Shown here piece after piece: positions 12,557 to 25,300 of a stretch of 64,000 nt of DNA. The stretch is from contig CM082582.2 of assembly GCA_040954595.2 (NCBI GenBank), positions 1,116,001 through 1,180,000 of the forward strand, given 5' to 3'. Below the pieces are notes generated by a model, which was not told where the DNA came from, did no database searches, and was given only the letters and a program-made list of their open reading frames with translations. Position numbers and translations under genes: made by a program. Position 1 is the first letter of the stretch, and every line of letters begins with the position of its first letter. The stretch comes from Balanoglossus misakiensis. Taxonomy: Eukaryota > Animalia > Hemichordata.

Positions 12557-15007
12557 CATGTTTGTCAGTTGGTCGGAAAACCTAATCAATCTGTTCCTGT
12601 CGCTCCGTTGAAACCCATCCCTGCCTTCGATGAACCGTTTAGTAAGATTCTGATTGATTGTGTAGGGCCTCTGCCAAAAACTAGATCTAGGAATCAGTAT
12701 TTGCTGACTATTATGTGTATGTCTACGCGTTTTCCTGAGGCGATTCCACTTCGGAACATAACGGCTCCAGTGATTGCCGGAGCACTGTCACGTTTCTTTG
12801 CATGGGTTGGATTTCCACGAGAGATTCAATCTGACCAGGCAACTAATTTTATGTCTGGGTTATTTCAGCAGCTAGTTTATCACATGGGGATAAATCAGGT
12901 TAAATCCAGTGCGTATCATCCAGAGTCGCAGGGGGCTTTAGAGAGGTTCCATTCTACCTTGAAAAATATGATTCGAGTGTATTGTTTCAACAATGACAAG
13001 GATTGGGACGAAGGGGTGCATTTGTTGCTTTTTGCAGTTCGAGAGTCTGTTCAGGAGTCGTTGGGGTTTAGTCCATTTGAATTGATATTCGGCCATCGAG
13101 TGCGCGGTCCTCTTAAATTGCTGAAGGAACAATGGCTTGACGACAGTCCATCGGGTATGACCTTGTTGAAGTATGTGTCCACATTTAAATCCAGACTCAG
13201 TGAGGCATGTGAACTTGCTCGAGCTAATTTGAAATCATCCAAAAATAAAATGAAACACTTGTACGATAGGGTAGCGAAGAGTCGCGCCTTTAAACCTGGT
13301 GACAAAGTATTAGCGTTGTTGCCCATAACCGGAAATGCTTTGAGCGCACGTTTTCATGGTCCGTATAAAATTCTAGAGAAGGTTGATGATGTAAATTATG
13401 TAATTGAAACTCCTGATCGTCGAAAGGCGACACAATTATGTCATATAAACATGTTAAAGCTTTATCGTAATGAAAACCATGTACATAATGTATTGCCTAT
13501 AATGTCTCCAGAAGTAGATCATGAAACAGACTCGACATATGTAGCAGTTGCTGACGTTAAGAGCGACCATGATGTAAAATTGAAAAACTCAGAGCTGTTG
13601 AGTAATCGGGATACTTTATTGGGGCATTTGTCACCTGACCACAGGAAAGATATTAGTCAGTTATTAGATAAGTATGTCGATTTGTTTCCTGATGTGCCGA
13701 AGAGGACTAATGTGTGTTTTCATGATGTAGATGTGGGAAATACCAGACCCATCAAACAACATCCATATCGGGTGAACCCTGAGAAGCTTGAGAAAATTCG
13801 GGGTGAAATTAAATATATGTTGAATAATGATATCATCGAAACTAGCAATAGCTGTTGGGCTTCGCCATGTCTTTTGGTGGATAAGCCTGATGGCGGTGTA
13901 AGATTTTGTACTGATTACAGGAAAGTTAATGCCATCACCAAAACTGATTCTTATCCCATCCCTCGGATTGATGACTGTATAGATCGCATTGGTAAAGCAC
14001 AGTATATAACTACTTTAGACTTGCTTAAAGGTTATTGGTGTGTTCCATTGACTGAAAGAGCCAAGGAGATATCTGCTTTTGCCACACCAGATGGTTTGTA
14101 TCAGTATAAAGTTATGCCTTTTGGCATGAAAAATTCTGGAGCTACTTTTCAACGAATGATGAATTCATGTGTAGAAGGGATGAAAGAAACAGATCCCTAT
14201 ATCGATGACATTGCCTCATATGGTGGTGTACTTTGGTCTGAACATGTAGCATCACTTGACAAATTGTTTGACCGATTGCGACGAGATAACTTGACTGTAA
14301 ATTTGAGTAAATGTCAATTCGGAAAGGCTAAAGTTAGGTATTTAGGCCATATTGTGGGGGGAGGTGAAGTGGCTCCTCTTACTGCTAAGATTAAAGATAT
14401 TGTTGAATATCCGGTGCCAGTAAATCGACGTGGTTTAATGCGTTTCTTGGGGATGGCCGGTTACTACAGGAAATTTTGTAGAAACTTTTCTGAAGTGGCT
14501 GCCCCTCTAACCAATTTGTTAAAGAAGGGCAGAAAATTTGAATGGTCTTCGTCATGTCAGATATCATTTGACAAAGTCAAATCGTTGCTGTGTACTGTAC
14601 CAGTGTTGAAAGCACCCGACTTTACCAAACCATTCGCATTGAATGTAGACGCGAGTGACGTGGGAGCTGGGGCTGTATTACTTCAATTTGATGGTGCTAA
14701 TGTGGCACACTCAGTTGCTTATTTTTCTAGGAAATTTAATTCTTGTCAACAGAATTACTCTACTATCGAGAAGGAAGCCCTTGCTTTAGTCTTAGCAGTT
14801 CAGCACTTTGAAATCTATGTAACTTCATCTGGGAAACCCGTTGTAGTTTTTACAGACCATAATCCGCTGGTATTCTTGCATAAGATGAGAAATAAGAATC
14901 GACGATTGCTTAATTGGAGTTTGTTGTTACAAGAATATGACTTGGAGATTAGGCACATTCGGGGAAAAGATAATGTATGAGCCGATGCTTTATCCCGTAT
15001 GTATTAA
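12557..15007 (+). CDS. Gag-pol 3' part of the Gmr1-like element: integrase core, GPY/F, RT, RNase H; nonsense codon at 14978
   Basis: HVCQ completes the H2C2 finger; ILIDCVGPLP, QSDQ, SQGALER, FHGPY, then LDLLKGYW, YIDD, VDASD, TDHNPL; ends DNV*ADALSRMY. Confidence 0.92.
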
Positions 15008-15183
15008 TTAACTGTAATTGACTGGTGTATATATCTCTCATGAAAGATATATTTTGCTACTTAAGAGGAAAATATTTAAAGTTGTAAAAAAAAAAAGTAT
15101 ATATTGTATTTGTAAATCTAGAGTTAGAATTCTTAGAAATTTTGGAATCTTCAATACCAAAATTTCTTGTTCTGGAAGGGGGG

Positions 15184-15917
15184 TGTGACGATATTCTGTG
15201 ATATAGCATAATTGTATGTACTTGTAATTGTCTCTCTAGAGTTTACGCCCTCGGTGGTGAGATTTAGTATATTGAATACGTGTGTTTTAGTAGCTTGGGG
15301 AGTCTTGAGGACCACCTGGTCTGACTACTTCCTAGGGGATTTGATAGGATGGCAGCCATAGCGTTTGACGTGTATGATTTTGGATCCATAGACATCCTCC
15401 AACCATGTGAGTTTTGACTATCACTTTTCATCTCAACCTGTGGTATATTTTAATAACCCAGCACACTACACTGAATTGATGTCGAGATGTTCTGAAATTG
15501 GGCGTTTAGCCGTACGGAACTTTGATCTGTCAATGGACATTGCTGGTGTGGAATGAATGTGCGGTGACGTCTCGGTGTACTTTGGCAAGTGCACGAAGAG
15601 TATCTGCGTCGCGGTCAAGTCGGACAGGAGGAAGACCTGGATGAATTACCAGACTCCACATGCATGCCAACGAGGACGATGTTTGTCGGACTTTATTTAT
15701 TAGATTTAAGTTAAGTTAAGATAAGTTAAGATTGTAACGGATTATTTTCATAAGTTTGACCACGTGGCGTTTTGATTGTCATGTCTGTATATGGTATTTT
15801 GATGTACGGGTAATATTTTCATGATTAGTAATTAAATCCCCAGGTGGAATATATTTTCGTAGATTTGATCGTTCGATTCGATTTGTCTAGTTCACGTATA
15901 GCCGTCGATGCGTGACA
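15184..15917 (+). repeat. 3' LTR of the Gmr1-like element, preceded by a PPT
   Basis: ggaagggggg at 15174-15183, then tgtgacg...cgtgaca. Confidence 0.95.
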
Positions 15918-16070
15918 GACGACTATGCCTCGAAGCAAAAGACACAGCCGACCCTGCCACGCAGATTCATTTGTTGTGTCACACATTTTCGATCCAAGAA
16001 GAGAATATCAACCTTGACGTTGCGAAAATGACAAGAAACTTTCACTCATATAGGTTGTGTGATTACTTAC

Positions 16071-16157
16071 CCGCAACTTGTTGGGAATTGCTGTCACCAG
16101 AGGTGCCCACAGCGTGAAAGCCAGAATGACTGCGACGCCTGCATTGGAGTTCGTCAT
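16071..16157 (-). CDS. Candidate first coding exon (signal peptide) of a secreted protein
   Basis: MTNSNAGVAVILAFTLWAPLVTAIPNKLR with a hydrophobic core, a GTAAGT donor, and TATAAAAG at 16221-16228 upstream. Confidence 0.45.
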
Positions 16158-16701
16158 GAATGGAAACATCGATGAACACGTTCGGTCTTCGATGAGGCTA
16201 GTGTCCACAGAATAGGCATTCTTTTATAACGCAGCTGGGAGGTGGTAAATCCATTGTGATCACCATGCTATTAGTAGCCCAAGCAGTCAAAATTTGCGAA
16301 AAATATATAAATATGGAAAAAATATATCAATGGGATCAATAGTTATTAAGCACTTTTTAAAAACAAATGACACCGTAAGATCAATTATCTTGTTTTCCGC
16401 GACAAGTTTCAACATGGTATGTCAGCGCTACCAGTGAATAATATTATTAGAAACTATGACAGCTGTAACCGTGCGATTAATGATTTCATCAATTTTAATC
16501 ATATACTTGTGAATATTTGCGCGGGTGCTGGTTTAATAAACTGTGTTGATATATAGGTGGAAGACTGTTTAGTTTTCCAGTCAATTATGTGATGTATTAC
16601 GCCTGACGCTTAAATGATTTGGTCTAGGGAGAATAACCGCGTTTGGCCGGTCAAGCGAACCCTGGATCTTGCAGGCTCTGCCCACTTTCCAATCAACAAC
16701 C

Positions 16702-16953
16702 ATTGAGCATGCGCAGTTGATACTTCACATTGTAAACAAGATGGCGTCGCTGTATATGCTTCTGGACCGCTGTCGCCCGACTATGTCGGCAAAGAAGAGT
16801 CGAATTTAACCAAGCAACGCCATATCGGAAGATAGAATGATCGCGAGATGAAACCGGGATATCCAACGATTTGGCAGCCATGTTGATTGATTGGTAAGTC
16901 GCCGAAGTAACTATTTGCCATTGATTTGTTTACCAGAAACGGTTTGCCTTTGG
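16702..16953 (-). repeat. Inverted copy of 1-252
   Basis: Reverse-complement alignment by eye. Confidence 0.9.
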
Positions 16954-17899
16954 AACACATTTGACCTCACCGAAATTGATTTCAGAGTTTTTTCCCAAGA
17001 ACTAATGACGTTCGTTTTCACCTTTCTGTCCCGAAGTTGCAAACGTGTTGTCTCTGAGAAAATAAATGTGATTTGTACCCGCGATAATCATAGTTCGGAT
17101 TTCAACCCACAACATCAGCGCCAGCCATTCACCAACATGTGCCAGATAATGTTTATCAGTCATATTTTCTCAGTCTGAATTTACAAAAGACTAATTGTAT
17201 ATTATGCACATTGCAATTTTAATATGTAACACGTTTGACCTGAGTGGGAGAATGGATTGAAGGGACACAAGCTTTTGTAGCCACTTATATTTTGACACTG
17301 TTTATATAAATGTTGAGCTGGCATATTTGTTCCCTTATGATGTAGTGTACCTGTTGCATTGAAATGAAGCTGTAATATTAAAGTGCAATTTAGTCCTTTG
17401 GTTTACTGGGAAAATGAGGTCAATAAATGACAGGTTTATTTAGATATATGATATATTTCTCACAAGCACTTATGCATATGTATGAGATACTTATTTATTT
17501 TTAATTTATGTATTTATTTTTAATTTATTTTGTATGTTCAGGTAATCATATGGATTTGTATGGAATCACATACACATTAATTAAAGACTATCATATCACA
17601 GAAGTCGAGCCTCAACATGTGTAAGGTAACCATTTAGGTTTCATGACTAAGTTTGTTTAAGAATTCATAAAGCACGAATTCTACCTAATGAATGAATTTT
17701 CTTAGAATTTCACAACTGTGACAGGGTTTGCAGTTATACGAAAAAGTGTTATTATTCACATACGAAACTTTTAGTATACATTTTTCTGATAGCAATGCAT
17801 TTAACTTTGAACAAATATTGACGTCAGTTAGTAGTGCTATTTTGTCAGTGAAATTGCTTCATCATCATCCCTCCAACCAAAGTTGAAACTGAGTTGCAA

Positions 17900-18056
17900 A
17901 TATTGCACAGCTTGAAATCATAAAATGTTGCAAAATTGAACCAACCATTCGGTCAACGATTATGTTCTTACAGCTATTATTAGAAGCAGACAGTCTCAGG
18001 GAACAAGATACATGGGCCTGATTTGCAAACTGAGTTGGAACTAACCTTGCCTGCCC
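17900..18056 (-). repeat. Dispersed repeat family (other copies near 25393-25570, 26730-26790, 28880-28990)
   Basis: gttgcaaaattgaaccaa...tttgcaaactgagttggaact is the reverse complement of the 25.4-kb copy. Confidence 0.7.
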
Positions 18057-20183
18057 ATGGATGCGCCAATTCAGTGAATCTTATCGTATTAAAAATGAAT
18101 ATGGAGAACTATTCTCTGTGTTGTGATTGTTAGCCTACATGTATACATATGTACCTTGAGTGATTCCACTTTCTTCAGTGTCCTGTGAATTCAGTTGCCA
18201 TAACTTGCGCTTCACACAGCGCATACATGTAGGTCTAATCAATTGGGCAACTGGGTCTTACAATATTATCTGATGCCTCTTACTGGCCGAAGGACCACAA
18301 GTTGCATTTTCATATCGCATATAAATAGAAAACCCATTAATTTCTACTGTATGATTTTATTGACGATTCAATAGTTTCATGACTGTTAGTGTTAATTACA
18401 ATACCTAAATTCCCAAATGAAAGCATGCTGTCAGTTTTCATGTGATTGATATTAATTTTACAATTTCAAAATATGCTTAGCTCTGAATGATTATGAACAT
18501 ATCAAACTTCATGTTAAATAAACTGTCTTGATATTGTATACATTAAGGCCTACTACCAGTGTCACAACATTGATTTCCTGCATTTTTGCTCATGCCTTCT
18601 GACCAGTCAGTTGCCTCTGTATGTGTGTATGTAGTATGTATGGATGTATGTATGTCTGTCCACATCAAAAACTTGAAAACCCCTTCGCATATCCCCTTGA
18701 TATTTGGTGTGTAGATGTAGGCCAGCCTGTAAATAGGATTTTGTTCATATTAAGAAGGTTGAAGTATTTTCATGATTGGTTTTATTTGATTACTCCAGAA
18801 ACATACAATACAGAGTCTGTGTGGTAAGTCTTGATATTGGGTTTTTAGATGCAGGCACGCCTGTTCAAATGAAATATGCTAATTACCTGGAGCAATGTGA
18901 AATTGATCAAAACTCAGAAACTCAACAACTGGTCAGATTGCTTTGAACATTTGTATGCATGTAGCCTATGTCACGCCTGATATACTTTCAGCTAATATCG
19001 TGAATTGTATCTATAATTTAGTAAGCTATTTCCTATAGGTAATCTTTGTTAGTATTGTTTAAATTGTGGCAAAATTTGTAATTTTTGGGAAATATAATTT
19101 TGTCATTTTTGGTCAAAAATCATTTTCTCTGAAACTCCATGTCAGGTCAGGTTGCATTTAAATTTTGGTTTGCTTGTTCCATGAGGTAACCCAAGTAATG
19201 TTGTATATCATTTTGGTGAAATTTGCATATTTGTGGTCTTGAGGCAATTTTTGCAATTTGTATTCTTTGAAACCGCATGTCAAATTGCTTTCAATTTTGG
19301 TAGGCATGTTCCTTGTGGTGATTAAAGTGAGATATTGTTGGATTTGTTGATATCTGAATTTTTGTGGTTGAGGCAGTTTTTGTCATTGTTGAAGAAATGT
19401 TGTTTTCACTGAAAATACTCCGATTCCTGTGAAATTGTATTAGGTTACCTGGTAGGTCATATCTGCTTGGCAATGTCACAGCGGTGTACACACCTATTTT
19501 TGTGTAATCCAAAGTGTGTAATAACCTAGCAAATATTTACTAGTAAATCATGTATGTTCTACTTCTTACAAGGTTGAAGTATGTTGATGTCTGGGTTAAA
19601 TGGGATTCTTCAGAAACATACAATACAGAGTCTGTGGTACAGTTCATGGTCACATTCAGAATTACCTAGTCTATATCCAGCCGTGTTCTGTCCGCTTTGC
19701 TTCCAAAAGTATCGTCTAGTGTCATGCATGCCACTTGCCCAATAATCTGACACCCCTTGCTGGGAAATTTGATGTAACAAGTGTCCCTTAGTGAAATTAT
19801 TAACATAAACTGAACAATGTTGATTTGGCGTAAGATTATAGTGAAGGCAGGGCTTATTACATTGAAAATGCTATCCAGCCTTAATTACACATTATGAATA
19901 TCCTTTGTCCAATCATTGGAAAAACAATGTACCGTAGACTTGCATAGCACTTTGAAGGTGAATCGCAAGTGGTCACTTTAATTACATTACCTCAAGCAGT
20001 CTTTTACATGTAGCTATAATAAGACAAACATTCCCGGTGTAATTAACATCACTGTTGTTATTAGTATCTATCTCCGATAAGTATCAAGTCTGCCTTATGT
20101 TATTTTAAGTCAATTGTCAGGTTCATGTACATATTTTACAACTTATCTATCTTGTCAAAAACTTTCGCATGTACCTAATTCTA

Positions 20184-21381
20184 GGCTTACCAGTAGGGTT
20201 ATAGATACAGTGTATTATATTAACATGCATTAATATGAAACTAAATGTTGATGGTTAATTAAAGACCCCCTTGAGCTATGGTAACCTCATTAAATATGTG
20301 CATATCTTATTCTAGAGGATGTGGTAACCTGGACATGGACAACTCTGGGGTCAAAATCTTTTGACAAACTTTTGGGTGATCTTGGGTAAACTTTGACCTA
20401 CATTCCTATATCTTGGCATCCGGCACAGATACATCCTTGACACTTGGAGTTATTGAACTATGTAATGGAATATTATGTCTTGTCTCATTAATTATGTACA
20501 TACCTAATGCCAGCCTAACCAATAGGGCTGGAAGTCTGCCTTTTTTTGGACATGATACATTTGAGATCAACATTTTTCTACAGCAGCCAGCCTTCTCTTA
20601 AAAAGAATGGACAATATAAAGGCTTTGCTGGTATACTGAACTTTGGACTCCCTCCCTGAGACTGTGTGCCAATGACGGGATAGCCTACTCAGCGTTGGGT
20701 AGATCCTAAGAAGGCCTCAGCCAGGCATCAGATACAAAAAGCGGAAATCCAAGCTTTAATGGTGGGTTACATCGTTAACTTCCCTGCAGAGCTGATTTCT
20801 CAGACTGTGAGCCAATGACGGGTAAAGCCCCTAGGTAGGGGCCACCTAAGACAGGCCGGTCATGCTTTAGTCACAAAGAAGGGCAAGTTCAGTCATACCA
20901 TAACGTTGTCTGCTGTATATGCTTCATAATGATTGCATGGTATTTTGAGAATACATTGTCTTAAGGCAGTGTGACCAGCTAAAAAGTACTGGAAAACACA
21001 GCCAATGTGTAATAAAAAACATCTAATTTGGCTGAATAAAAGACATAAAACACAGCAAAAGCACTGTGACTAGCTGAGACATAATACTCCATTATGCATT
21101 TCCATCACTCCAAGTGTCAAGGTTGCATCTGCTCTGGATGCCAAGATATAGTAATGTTGGTCAAGGTTTACCCAAAGTCACCCAAAGTTCTGTCAAACAA
21201 TTTTGACCCCAATGTTGTCCATGTTTAGGTTTCTCCCTCCAGTGGATAGCCTACAATTAGATATGCAAATATTTAATGACGTTACCATAGATTAAGGCGG
21301 TCCTAAATTAACCATGAAATTATAGTTTCATGTTAATTCTTGTTATTACAAAACACTGTATCTATAACCCTTCTGGAAGCC
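20184..21381. mobile_element. Foldback element or MITE with ~290-bp diverged inverted arms
   Basis: 20184-20469 aligns to the reverse complement of 21088-21381 (ggctt..cag.agggttatagatacagtgt; tatatcttggcatcc; ccttgacacttggagt). Confidence 0.8.
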
Positions 21382-22133
21382 ATACTTTTTTTCATGCTAC
21401 CCAATATGTGAAAGTAGGTAAAAAATCAGCCAAGGTTATTTGAAATTTTGCTGAAAAAAATCCGGTCCCTGACATTTGGTAAAGGAGTCAAGACACTTGG
21501 CAACAAATTTTTGTCCCAGATTAGAACATATTCATAAAAAACTCAGGGAAAGAAGGAAGTTTTTCACAGCTTTGGTGCTTCAAATAGTAGAGAGGTTCCC
21601 AAGTTATTTCAATGAAACCTTAATGTCAACATTACATCGTTAGACTCGAACTCATCTGGCATAAAGCTGCTAGTTAAAGCCCTAAGGGTTGTGCCACTTT
21701 TTCATTATTTTCATCTAAGATTTGTCAATCTAAATAAGCTTACTGCTAGGTATACATCTACATGAACATCTTGTTGACAGACGATTGTGGCTGTAATTTA
21801 AAGAAGTCAGATATTTAACAGGTACCACACCTGTTTAATCTGCCTCTATACAAAGGGTACACATCTATAGTGGTATGCATCACCTAGATATGACAAACAT
21901 AAGCACTACAAGTAATATGGCTTTATGGTGGCGATTTTGAAGGATGTGGAGAAGATTTGAAAAACACTCTTGAGGAAAAAGATGTTAAATCTTTGAAATG
22001 TGTTTTATTCTTTGGTTCCCATTTCGTATATGTCTATCTACCACTGGGACCAATGTGAAATTGGTGGAAACTGGTCAAATTGCTTTAGAAATTGGTGTGT
22101 ATTCATTTTGAGACCTCATGGATTTTTTTTCAT

Positions 22134-22345
22134 TTTTAGCTCACGTGAAAATCACGTGAGCTTATGGTTTAGCGATGTCTGTGTGTGTGTGTGTGTATGT
22201 ATGTATGTGTGTGTGTGTCTGTCTGTATACCCGATATCTCAAGAACCGCTGAACCGATTTCAACCAAATTTAGTACACAGGTTCAGATATCATATGGCAA
22301 GAACTGAAAATGTTTTGGTGGGTGTAGCTTTGATATTAATGAAGT
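22134..22345 (+). mobile_element. 5' end of a HINE/DINE-1-like non-autonomous Helentron
   Basis: T-run, palindrome agctcacgtgaaaatcacgtgagct, GT/GTAT/GTCT microsatellite, then core gatatctcaagaaccgctgaaccgatttcaaccaaattt; older related copies near 18585 and 23335. Confidence 0.7.
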
Positions 22346-25300
22346 TATTTAAGTTTTAATTTTTCTATTACATGGTTGTCTATGTGAGCTTTCGTTAATG
22401 CCGCATATATGACCAGTGGAAACGATAGTTTGAGGAGATCGACTGTTTGAGGGCGCTGTGAAATGAGACATTCCTGGCGATATTGCCGTTGTTCTGTCCA
22501 TGCTCAGACGATGTACCCGTCGTTACGAATAACTTCCCTACGTGAATCCACAAGGAAGCTAACGTTGTTTAGTTGCTTCATAGAGCGTAAATTGTTAATC
22601 TACAGGACTGTCAGACGAATACTCTTTTCAAATGAAGTTTGAAACTACTTACGAGTAAGTTAGTGGAGACAATATATGGCGGATAGTTGGCGTGCAGCCG
22701 AATCCGCGTTATGACTATGACGTGACCCATTCATCAAGACAAACCGTAAATGATTCACGCATATTGTGGTCCTCACGCAGTCAATCTCAAAATGTCACCA
22801 GGCTTTCTATTTGTCTATTGTTCAGAGAAAAATAACGTGGCGGTTGATCACACTCAACAGTAAAATCCGTTTTGTGAGTTTATAGACAGTCTGTTATCGC
22901 CAATACTATATAGCGATTGCTAGATGTCTTACCCAATATGTGATCGAGCGAGAATGATAACATTGAATGTCTGTTCAGATCTCATTCCGTACGTCATACG
23001 TCAACATTTCGATTTCGATTTAATCCATTCATAAAGAATTTAGAGAAAGTCGTCTTGAATTGTGACCCCGACTATCAATTTTACGATGATTTTTTGGCGA
23101 CGGAATACACGAGACGCCATTGCATAACTACGTCAGCTGGACTTCCAAGGTTACCATTTTGTGTGTATGGAATCTTATCACAGAGACTACGTACTTTGAC
23201 AATATGCCATGCTATATCAATGACGCCCCAGAAAATTTGTCGAAAAATGAATTTGTCTTCTCATGGTGGTGCAATATATTTTAATGTCTATTTTGAGGTT
23301 GATTTTGGTTTTTGGCTAACATGTATATCAATGTCAGCTTATAGCATAAGTTGGTGTCCGTCGTCTATGTATGTCTGTATGTGTGCCTCATACAGAATTA
23401 TGTATTTTGCGAATGGATCAGTTTCGTCTAAATGTATTGATGTATGTATGTGTATGTCCATCAACATCAAAAACTTGAAACTACTGATATTTAGTGTGTA
23501 CATAGAAATTGTTATTGCGAAAAAATGCATACTGGTATTAACTGGAAAAATGTTCAAATAGTCAAAATTGAAAAACTTAATAACAGCGGATCAGATTCAG
23601 TTAAAAATTGGCGTGCATTGGTGTGCAAGTACTATGGGAAGACTTCGTATGATTTTGTTCAGGTGGAGTCAGTATCTGGCGTTTGCTATTTTTTATGAAT
23701 GTTTGGGGGAATTTTCTGCAGTTTTGTTTAAAAAAATTCTTCTCTGAAATTACATGTCCAATTGATTGGAAACTTGGTATGGAGGTTCATAGGGCTTACC
23801 TGAATCACATTTGTGCAAACGGTGGTGAAATTTGCAAAAATGCATTTTTGGGCAATATTTCCTGTTTTTGTCAAAAAATCAAATCCCGTGAAACTGTAAG
23901 TGCAATTGTTTTGATACTTTGTATTTGGGTTTCTAGGGGTGATCTCAGTCAGATATGATCAAATTGTAAAGAAATTTGCATAATTGTATTTTTTGGGAAT
24001 TCTGCAGGGTTTGGCCAAATAGTCTTCAGTGAAACCACAAGTCCAATTGATTGGAAACTTTGAATGGGAATTCATATATGTGATATCAGTCAGATTTGTC
24101 TGAATTACCTGTTGTTTGCCAAAATGTCTTCCTTATTGAAACTTGTTAAAGAGGTTCTTAGGCATGAACAGAAATCAGATTTGTTGAAATCTGGTGAAAT
24201 ATTCATACTTTTTGGTATATTTCTTGCCATTTTTGATTAACGAGTTTTAGAATTCCATAGACTTATCTTTTTATGCAGTTCAGGATGGGGTACATGACTC
24301 ATAACCCCTTACAAAAATTGACAAGGCAACAATTCCACAAACATGTTTACATTTCACAATGGTGCAACACACAACCCTTACACCATATACACTATAAACC
24401 AAATTGGTTTAACACTGGTTTTTCTAATCTTGTTATTCTGTCAACCAATCACAGTACTGCACGTGAGCATATTCAGTTAATATCTGGTTTGAAGTATATT
24501 TTTGGGGTGATTTTGGTCAAATACTCAAAAACCTCTACTCACAGTTCTTTGAAATTTGGTTTGCAGGTTCCTAGGTGTGTTATCACGACATTTTAACAAA
24601 TCCTATGATGGAACTGTCAATATAGTTTTTGTGGACAATTTTTGCCATTTTTGTTTGATTGCTTTGCAATTTTTTGTTTTGCAGTTTCCAGGGGATTTTT
24701 TTACTGTGATATATCATAAATGTTCTGAAAATGAAAAAATTGTATTTTGGGGGCATAAAAAAAATTCTCAGAAAGTGCATGGTTGATCACTTTAAAAGTT
24801 TAGTAGTGAGTTAATGATATGTGCTTCTTTAGAATGATAATTGAATCAAATCATAGCTGAATTAGTTTTTTTGTTTATTTTGTTTGATATTTTTTCCTTA
24901 TACCTCAAAAATTGTTATTATAAAAGGGAAATTACCATTACATAGTTGTTTGCAATTAAGGAGGACCCCCTCCCCCACTGAAAATCGTATACACCTTGAT
25001 CTCTCTATGTCTGTATTCATGTCTGTATGTATGTTTTACAAATGTATGCTCCCAATAAGAGTGAAATGATTTTTTTTTATCGTAATACTTCTAAAGTGAT
25101 TATTTCCTATGAGATATACAGTCTTATTACCTAATCTTTTCTGAAATTCTACCTCATGCTGTGTATGAAAAGTCTAATATATGTCATTGTCAAGATCCCC
25201 AAAACAGGCTGATATAGTATCACATAACATTTGATAAAAGTATCCCAAACAGTGTGGCAATTTTGGTATACAGAAAAAAAACACTAGAATGACAACAGCT

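Larger units (their letters stand above)
5753..15917 (+). mobile_element. Gmr1-like Ty3/gypsy LTR retrotransposon (gag-PR-IN-RT-RNaseH) with a nested insertion
   Basis: Two 734-bp TG...CA LTRs (5753-6486, 15184-15917), tRNA-Pro PBS, PPT, integrase upstream of RT; flanks TACG/GACG (imperfect 4-bp TSD). Confidence 0.95.
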
